In this document: in pieces, positions 57,020 through 64,000 of the stretch
How the letters are laid out: each line of letters opens with the position of its first letter
Position numbering within the stretch: the stretch's first letter is position 1
NCBI GenBank assembly: GCA_964016885.1
Contig: OZ024744.1
Coordinates: 124,124,001 to 124,188,000 of the forward strand
DNA: 64,000 nt
Direction: 5' to 3'
From: Eledone cirrhosa
Lineage: Eukaryota
Position numbers and translations under genes: made by a program
Notes under the pieces: model-generated
The model's input: the letters and a program-made list of their open reading frames with translations, nothing else
Database searches by the model: none
What the model was told of the DNA's origin: nothing

Positions 57020-60000
57020 GTCCAACCCATGACAGCTAGGACAATAGTCTGTAATAACTTGTCTAACCCATGTTTGTAGGACAATAGTCTGTAATAACTT
57101 GTCCAACCCATGTATGTAGGACAATAGTCTGTAATAACTCGTCCAACCCATGTATGTAGGACAATAGTCTGTAATAACTTGTCCAACCCATGACAGGTAA
57201 GACAATATTCTGTAATAACTTGTTCAACCCATGTATGTAAGACAATAGTCTGTAATAACTTGTCCAACCCATGACAGGTAGTACAATAGTCTGTAATAAC
57301 TTGTCCAACCCATGACAGGTAGGAAAATAGTCTGAAATAACTTGTCCAACCCATGACATGTAGGACAATAGTCTGTAATACCCTGTCCAACCAATGACAG
57401 GTAGGACAATAGTCTGTAATAACTTGTCCAACCCATGTATGTAGGACAATAGTCTTTAATAACTTGTCCAACCCATGTATGTAGGACAATAGCCTGTAAT
57501 AACTTGTCCAACCCATGACAGGTAGTACAATAGTCTGTAATAATTTGTCCAAGCCATGTATGTAGGTCAATAGCCTGTAATAACTTGTCCAACCTATGAC
57601 AGGTAGGGCAATAGTCTGTAATAACTTGCCCAACCCATGACAGGTAGGACAATAGTGTGTAATAACTTGTCCAACCCATGACAGGTAGGACAATAGTCTG
57701 TAATAACTTGTACAACCCATGATAGGTAGGACAATAGTCTGTAATAACTTGTCCAACCCATGACAGGTAGGACAATAGTCTGTAATAACTTGTCCAACAC
57801 ATGTATTTAGGACAATAGTCTGTAATAACTTGTCCAACCCATGACAGGTAAGACAATATTCTGTAATAACTTGTCCATCCCATGACAGGTAGGACAATAG
57901 TCTGTAATAACTTGTCCAACCCATGACAGCTAGGACAATAGTCTGTAATAACTTGTCGAACCCATGTATGTAGGACAATAGTCTGTAATAAATTGTCCAA
58001 CCCATGACAGGTAGGACAATAGTCTGTAATAACTTGTCCAACCCATGACAGGTAGGACAATAATCTGTAATAACTTGTCTAACCCATGTATGTAGGACAA
58101 TAGTCTGTAATAACTTGTCCAACCCATGTATGTAGGACAATAGTCTGTAACAACTTGTCCAACCCATGTATGTAGGACAATAGTCTGTAATAACTTGTCC
58201 AACCCATGTATGTAGGACAATAGTCTGTAATAACTTGTCCAACCCATGACAGGTAGGTCAATAGTCTGTAATAACTTGTCCAACCCATGTATGTAGGACA
58301 ATAGTCTGTAATAACTTGTCCAACCCATGACAGGTAGGACAATAGTCTGTAATAACTTGGCCAACCCATGACAGGTAGGACAATAGTCTGTAATAACTTG
58401 TCCAACCCATGACAGGTAGGACAATAGTCTGTAATAACTTGTCCAACCCATGTATGTAGGATAATAGTCTGTAATAATTTGTCCAACCCATGACAGGTAA
58501 GACAATACTCTGTAATAACTTGTCGAACCCATGACAGGTAGGACAAATGTCTGTAATAACTTGTCCAACCCATGACAGGTAAGACAATATTCTGTAATAA
58601 CTTGTCCAACCCATGTATGTAAGACAATAGTCTGTAATAACTTGTCCAACCCAATTGAGGTAGGACAATAGTCTAATAACTTGTCCAACTCATGACAGGT
58701 AGGACAATAGTCTGTAATAACTTGTCCAACACATGTATTTAGGACAATAGTCTGTAATAACTTGTCCAAGCCATGACAGGTAGGACAATAGTCTGTAATA
58801 ACTTGTCCAACCCATGACAGGTAGGACAATAGTCTGTAATACCTTGTCCAACCAATGACAGGTAGGACAATAGTCTGTAACAACTTGTCCAACCCATGTA
58901 TGTAGGACAATACTCTGTAATAACTTGCCCAACCCATGTATGTGGACAATAGTCTGTAATAACTTGTCCAACCCATGACAGGTAGGACAATAGTCTGTAA
59001 TAACTTGTCCATCCCATGACAGGTAGGACAATAGTCTGTAATAACTTGTCCAACCCATGACAGCTAGGACAATAGTCTGTAATAACTTGTCCAACCCATG
59101 ACAGGTAGGACAATAGTCTGTAATAACTTGTCCAACCCATGACATGTAGGACAATAGTCTGTAATAACTTGTCCAACCCATGACAGGTAGGACAATAGTC
59201 TGTAATAACTTGTCCAACACATGTATGCAGGACAATAGTCTGTAATAAATTGTCCAACCCATGACAGGTAGGACAATAGTCTGTAATAACTTGTCCAACC
59301 CATGCATGTAGGACAATAGTCTGTAATAACTTGTCCAACCCATGTATGTAGGACAATAGTCTGTAATAACTTGTCCAACCCATGTATGTAGGACAATAGT
59401 CTGTAATAACTTGTCCAACCCATGACAGGTAAGACAATATTCTGTAATAACTTGTCCAACCCATGTATTGAAGACAATAGTCTGTAATAACTTGTCCAAC
59501 CCATGACAGGTAGTACAATAGTCTGTAATATCTTGTCCAACCCATGACAGGTAGGACAATAGTCTGTAATACCTTGTCCAACCAATGACAGGTAGGAAAA
59601 TAGTCTGTAATAACTTGTCCAACCCATGACAGGTAGGACAATAGTCTGTAATACCTTGTCCAACCAATGACAGGTAGGACAATAGTCTGTAATAACTTGT
59701 CCAACCCATGTATGTAGGACAATAGTCTTTAATAACTTGTCCAACCCATGTATGTAGGACAATAGCCTGTAATAACTTGTCCAACCCATGACAGGTAGTA
59801 CAATAGTCTGTAATAATTTGTCTAACCCATGTATGTAGGTCAATAGCCTGTAATAACTTGTCCAACCTATGACAGGTAGGACAATAGTCTGTAAAAACTT
59901 GCCCAACCCATGACAGGTAGGACAATAGTGTGTAATAACTTGTGCAACCCATGACAGGTAGGACAATAGTCGGTAATAACTTGTCCAACCCATGTATGTA

Positions 60001-61800
60001 GGACAATAGTCGGTAATAACTTGTACAACCCATGATAGGTAGGACAATAGTCTGTAATAACTTGTCCAACCCATGACAGCTAGGACAATAGTCTGTAATA
60101 ACTTGTCCAACCCATGTATGTAGGACAATAGTCTGTAATAACTTGTCCAACCCATGTATGTAGGACAATAGTCTGTAATAACTTGTCCAACCCATGTATG
60201 TAGGACAATAGTCTGTAATAACTTGTCCAACCCATGTATGTACGACAATAGTGTGTAATAACTTGTCCATACCATGACAGGTAGGACAATAGTCTGTAAT
60301 AACTTGTCCAACCCATGTATGTAGGACAATAGTCTGTAATAACTTGTCAAACCCATGACAGGTAGGACAATAGTCTGTAATAACTTGGCCAACCCATGAC
60401 AGCTAGGACAATAGTCTGTAATAACTTGTCTAACCCATGTTTGTAGGACAATAGTCTGTAATAACTTGTCCAACCCATGTATGTAGGACAATAGTCTGTA
60501 ATAACTCGTCCAACCTATGTATGTAGGACAATAGTCTGTAATAACTTGTCCAACCCATGACAGGTAAGACAATATTCTGTAATAACTTGTTCAACCCATG
60601 TATGTAAGACAATAGTCTGTAATAACTTGTCCAACCCATGACAGGTAGTACAATAGTCTGTAATAACTTGTCCAACCCATGACAGGTAGGAAAATAGTCT
60701 GAAATAACTTGTCCAACCCATGACATGTAGGACAATAGTCTGTAATACCCTGTCCAACCAATGACAGGTAGGACAATAGTCTGTAATAACTTGTCCAACC
60801 CATGTATGTAGGACAATAGTCTTTAATAACTTGTCCAACCCATGTATGTAGGACAATAGCCTGTAATAACTTGTCCAACCCATGACAGGTAGTACAATAG
60901 TCTGTAATAATTTGTCCAAGCCATGTATGTAGGTCAATAGCCTGTAATAACTTGTCCAACCTATGACAGGTAGGGCAATAGTCTGTAATAACTTGCCCAA
61001 CCCATGACAGGTAGGACAATAGTGTGTAATAACTTGTCCAACCCATGACAGGTAGGACAATAGTCTGTAATAACTTGTACAACCCATGATAGGTAGGACA
61101 ATAGTCTGTAATAACTTGTCCAACCCATGACAGGTAGGACAATAGTCTGTAATAACTTGTCCAACCCATGTATTTAGGACAATAGTCTGTAATAACTTGT
61201 CCAACCCATGACAGGTAAGACAATATTCTGTAATAACTTGTCCATCCCATGACAGGTAGGACAATAGTCTGTAATAACTTGTCCAACCCATGACAGCTAG
61301 GACAATAGTCTGTAATAACTTGTCGAACCCATGTATGTAGGACAATAGTCTGTAATAAATTGTCCAACCCATGACAGGTAGGACAATAGTCTGTAATAAC
61401 TTGTCCAACCCATGACAGGTAGGACAATAATCTGTAATAACTTGTCTAACCCATGTATGTAGGACAATAGTCTGTAATAACTTGTCCAACCCATGTATGT
61501 AGGACAATAGTCTGTAACAACTTGTCCAACCCATGTATGTAGGACAATAGTCTGTAATAACTTGTCCAACCCATGTATGTAGGACAATAGTCTGTAATAA
61601 CTTGTCCAACCCATGACAGGTAGGTCAATAGTCTGTAATAACTTGTCCAACCCATGTATGTAGGACAATAGTCTGTAATAACTTGTCCAACCCATGACAG
61701 GTAGGACAATAGTCTGTAATAACTTGGCCAACCCATGACAGGTAGGACAATAGTCTGTAATAACTTGTCCAACCCATGACAGGTAGGACAATAGTCTGTA
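57020..61800. repeat. Duplication with offset 3367 bp (about 57.0-58.4 kb vs 60.4-61.8 kb)
   Basis: Pairs 57063/60430, 57224/60591, 57930/61297 and 58258/61625. Shared variants include TCTGAAAT and GTTTGTAGG. Confidence 0.85.
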
Positions 61801-64000
61801 ATAACTTGTCCATCCCATGACAGGTAGGACAATAGTCTGTAATAACTTGTCCAACCCATGACAGCTAGGACAGTAGTCTGTAATAACTTGTCCAACCCAT
61901 GACAGGTAGGACAATAGTCTGTAATAACTTGTCCAACCCATGACATGTAGGACAATAGTCTGTAATAACTTGTCCAACCCATGACAGGTAGGACAATAGT
62001 CTGTAATAATTTGTCCAACCCATGTATGTAGGACAATAGTCTGTAATAACTTATCCAACCCATGACAGGTAGGACAATAGTCTGTAATAACTTGTCCAAC
62101 CCATGACAGGTAAGACAATAGTCTGTAATAACTTGTCCAACCCATGCCAGGTAGGACAATAGTCTGTAATAACTTGTTCAACCCATGACAGGTAGGACAA
62201 TAGTCTGCAATAACTTGTCCAACCCATGACAGCTAGGACAATAGTCTGTAATAACTTGTCCAACCCATGTATGTAGGACAATAGTCTGTAATAACTTGTC
62301 CAACCCATGTATGTAGGCCAATAGTCTGTAATAACTTGTCCAACCCATGTATGTAGGACAATAGTCTGTAATAACTTGTCCAATCCATGTATGTAACACA
62401 ATAGTGTGTAATAACTTGTCCATCCCATGACAGGTAGGACAATAGTCTGTAATAACTTGTCCAACCCATGTATGTAGGACAATAGTCTGTAATACCTCGT
62501 CCAACCCATGACAGGTAGGACAATAGTCTGTAATAACTTGTCCAACCCATGACAGGTAGGACAATAGTCTGTAAAAACTTGGCCAACCCATGACAGGTAG
62601 GACAATAGTCTGTAATAACTTGTCCAACCCATGACAGGTAGGACAATAGTCTGTAATAACTCGTCCAACCCATGACAGGTAGGACAATAGTCTGTAATAA
62701 CTTGTCCAACCCATGACAGCTAGGACAATAGTCTGTAATAACTTGTCCAACCCATGACAGTTAGGACAATAGTCTGTAATAACTTGTCCAACCCATGACA
62801 TGTAGGACAATAGTCTGTAATAACTTGTCCAACCCATGACAGGTAGGACAATAGTCTGTAATAACTTGTCCAACCCATGACATGTAGGACAATAGTCTGT
62901 AATAACTTGTCTAACCCATGTATGTAGGACAATAGTCTGTAATAACTTGTCCAACCCATGCATGTAGGACAATAGTCTGTAATAACTTGTCCAAGCCATG
63001 ACAGGTAGGACAATAGTCTGTAATAACTTGTGCAACCCATGACAGGTAGGACAATAGTCTGTAATACCATGTCCAACCAATGACAGGTAGGACAATAGTC
63101 TGTAATAACTTGTCCAACCCATGTATGTAGGACAATACTCTGTAATAACTTGCCCAACCCATGACAGGTAGGACAATAGTCTGTAATAACTTGTCCAACC
63201 CATGACAGGTAGGACAATAGTCTGTAATAACTTGTCCATCCCATGACAGGTAGGACAATAGTCTGTAATAACTTGTCCAACCCATGACAGCTAGGACAAT
63301 AGTCTGTAATAACTTGTCCAACCCATGACAGTTAGGACAATAGTCTGTAATAACTTGTCCAACCCATGACATGTAGGACAATAGTCTGTAATAACTTGTC
63401 CAACCCATGACAGGTAGGACAATAGTCTGTAATAACTTGTCCAACCCATGACATGTAGGACAATAGTCTGTAATAACTTGTCTAACCCATGTATGTAGGA
63501 CAATAGTCTGTAATAACTTGTCCAACCCATGCATGTAGGACAATAGTCTGTAATAACTTGTCCAACCCATGTATGTAGGACAATAGTCCGTAATAACTTG
63601 TCCAACCCATGACAGGTAGGACAATAGTCTGTAATAACTTGTCCCTCCCATGACAGGTAGGACAATAGTCTGTAATAACTTGTCCAACCCATGACAGCTA
63701 GGACAATAGTCTGTAATAACTTGTCCAACCCATGACATGTAGGACAATAGTCTGTAATAACTTGTCCAACCCATGACAGGTAGGACAATAGTCTGTAATA
63801 CCTTGTCCAACCAATGACAGGTAGGAGAATAGTCTGTAATAACTTGTCCAACCCATAACAGGTAGGACAATAGTCTGTAATACCTTGTCCAACCAATGAC
63901 AAGTAGGACAATAGTCCGTAATAACTTGTCCATGCCATGTATGTAGGACAATAGTCTGTAATAACTTGTCCAACCCATGACAGTTAGGACAATAGTCTGT
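61760..64000. repeat. Copy of about 53.35-55.59 kb (offset 8412 bp), continuing past the window end
   Basis: Pairs 53639/62051, 53821/62233, 54499/62911 and 55286/63698. Both copies share AATCCATGTATGTAACAC. Confidence 0.88.

Larger units (their letters stand above)
1..64000. repeat. Satellite-type tandem array of interspersed 41-bp (A) and 40-bp (B) monomers, about 1,575 copies, single orientation, truncated by both window edges
   Basis: The window reads throughout as CCCATG-(ACAG|TAT)-GTAGGACAATAGTCTGTAATAACTTGTCCAA with scattered point variants, e.g. A-type 1-41 and B-type 42-81. Consensus GC is 17/41 (A) and 15/40 (B). No non-repeat segment or inverted monomer was seen. Copy number is estimated as 64000/~40.6. 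Confidence 0.99.

Noticed and set aside
54499-58242. Multiheme c-type cytochrome suggested by CPTCH motifs
   Set aside because: The motif is one frame of the satellite monomer. Frame is not preserved across AA/BB runs, and there is no signal peptide, gene context or codon-position bias.
210-63978. Hundreds of minus-strand ORFs as protein-coding genes
   Set aside because: They overlap in all three frames with the same peptide words and come from 40/41-bp non-triplet monomers. They have no unique domain, and their starts and stops are just recurrent point variants.
1-64000. CRISPR array (partly palindromic ~37-bp constant segment)
   Set aside because: There are no unique spacers: the variable part is 3-4 nt with two main states. 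No leader or cas genes are present.
1-64000. Integron attC array, iterons, REP/BIME elements or intrinsic terminators based on the inverted repeat
   Set aside because: There are no cassettes, integrase, rep gene or intervening genes, and no poly-T tails. The scale of about 1,575 contiguous copies is incompatible with these elements.
1-64000. Telomerase-type telomeric repeat (AACCC / GGGTT resemblance)
   Set aside because: Only a 5-nt resemblance within a 40-41-bp unit. Kb-scale inherited variant patterns indicate recombinational amplification rather than templated addition. A subtelomeric location cannot be excluded.
1-64000. Assignment to a named satellite family, taxon or centromere
   Set aside because: I do not recognise the consensus and there is no flanking sequence. 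This needs a database search and chromatin data.
1-64000. Hidden insertion, transposon or inversion within the array
   Set aside because: None was seen on reading through. The ORF track is continuous, uniformly repeat-derived and minus-strand only, which an inversion or sizeable insertion would interrupt.

Overview
The whole 64-kb window is one uninterrupted, head-to-tail tandem-repeat (satellite-type) array of about 1,575 monomers, all in the same orientation, running off both ends. Two monomer types are interspersed: A (41 bp, CCCATGACAGGTAGGACAATAGTCTGTAATAACTTGTCCAA) and B (40 bp, CCCATGTATGTAGGACAATAGTCTGTAATAACTTGTCCAA). They differ only at ACAG vs TAT. I see no unique sequence, credible gene, RNA gene, transposon or CRISPR spacer. 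The minus-strand ORFs arise because the reverse-complement monomer has no stop codon in any frame. The real structure is hierarchical. Each monomer has an internal 10-bp dyad. Rare variant monomers (a 39-bp landmark, 22 copies; a 16-bp truncated monomer, 5 copies) define variable higher-order units of about 1-4 kb. These units are nested in recent multi-kb duplications with offsets such as 6376, 3105, 1866, 3006/3251, 8544, 9969, 3367 and 8412 bp. CpG-to-TpG/CpA changes at homologous positions hint at cytosine methylation. The size and organisation point to eukaryotic satellite DNA, but the organism and repeat family cannot be identified from sequence alone. I found no support for a novel protein-coding system. 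Duplication boundaries are approximate (about one monomer); offsets were read from shared diagnostic variants and matching ORF endpoints.
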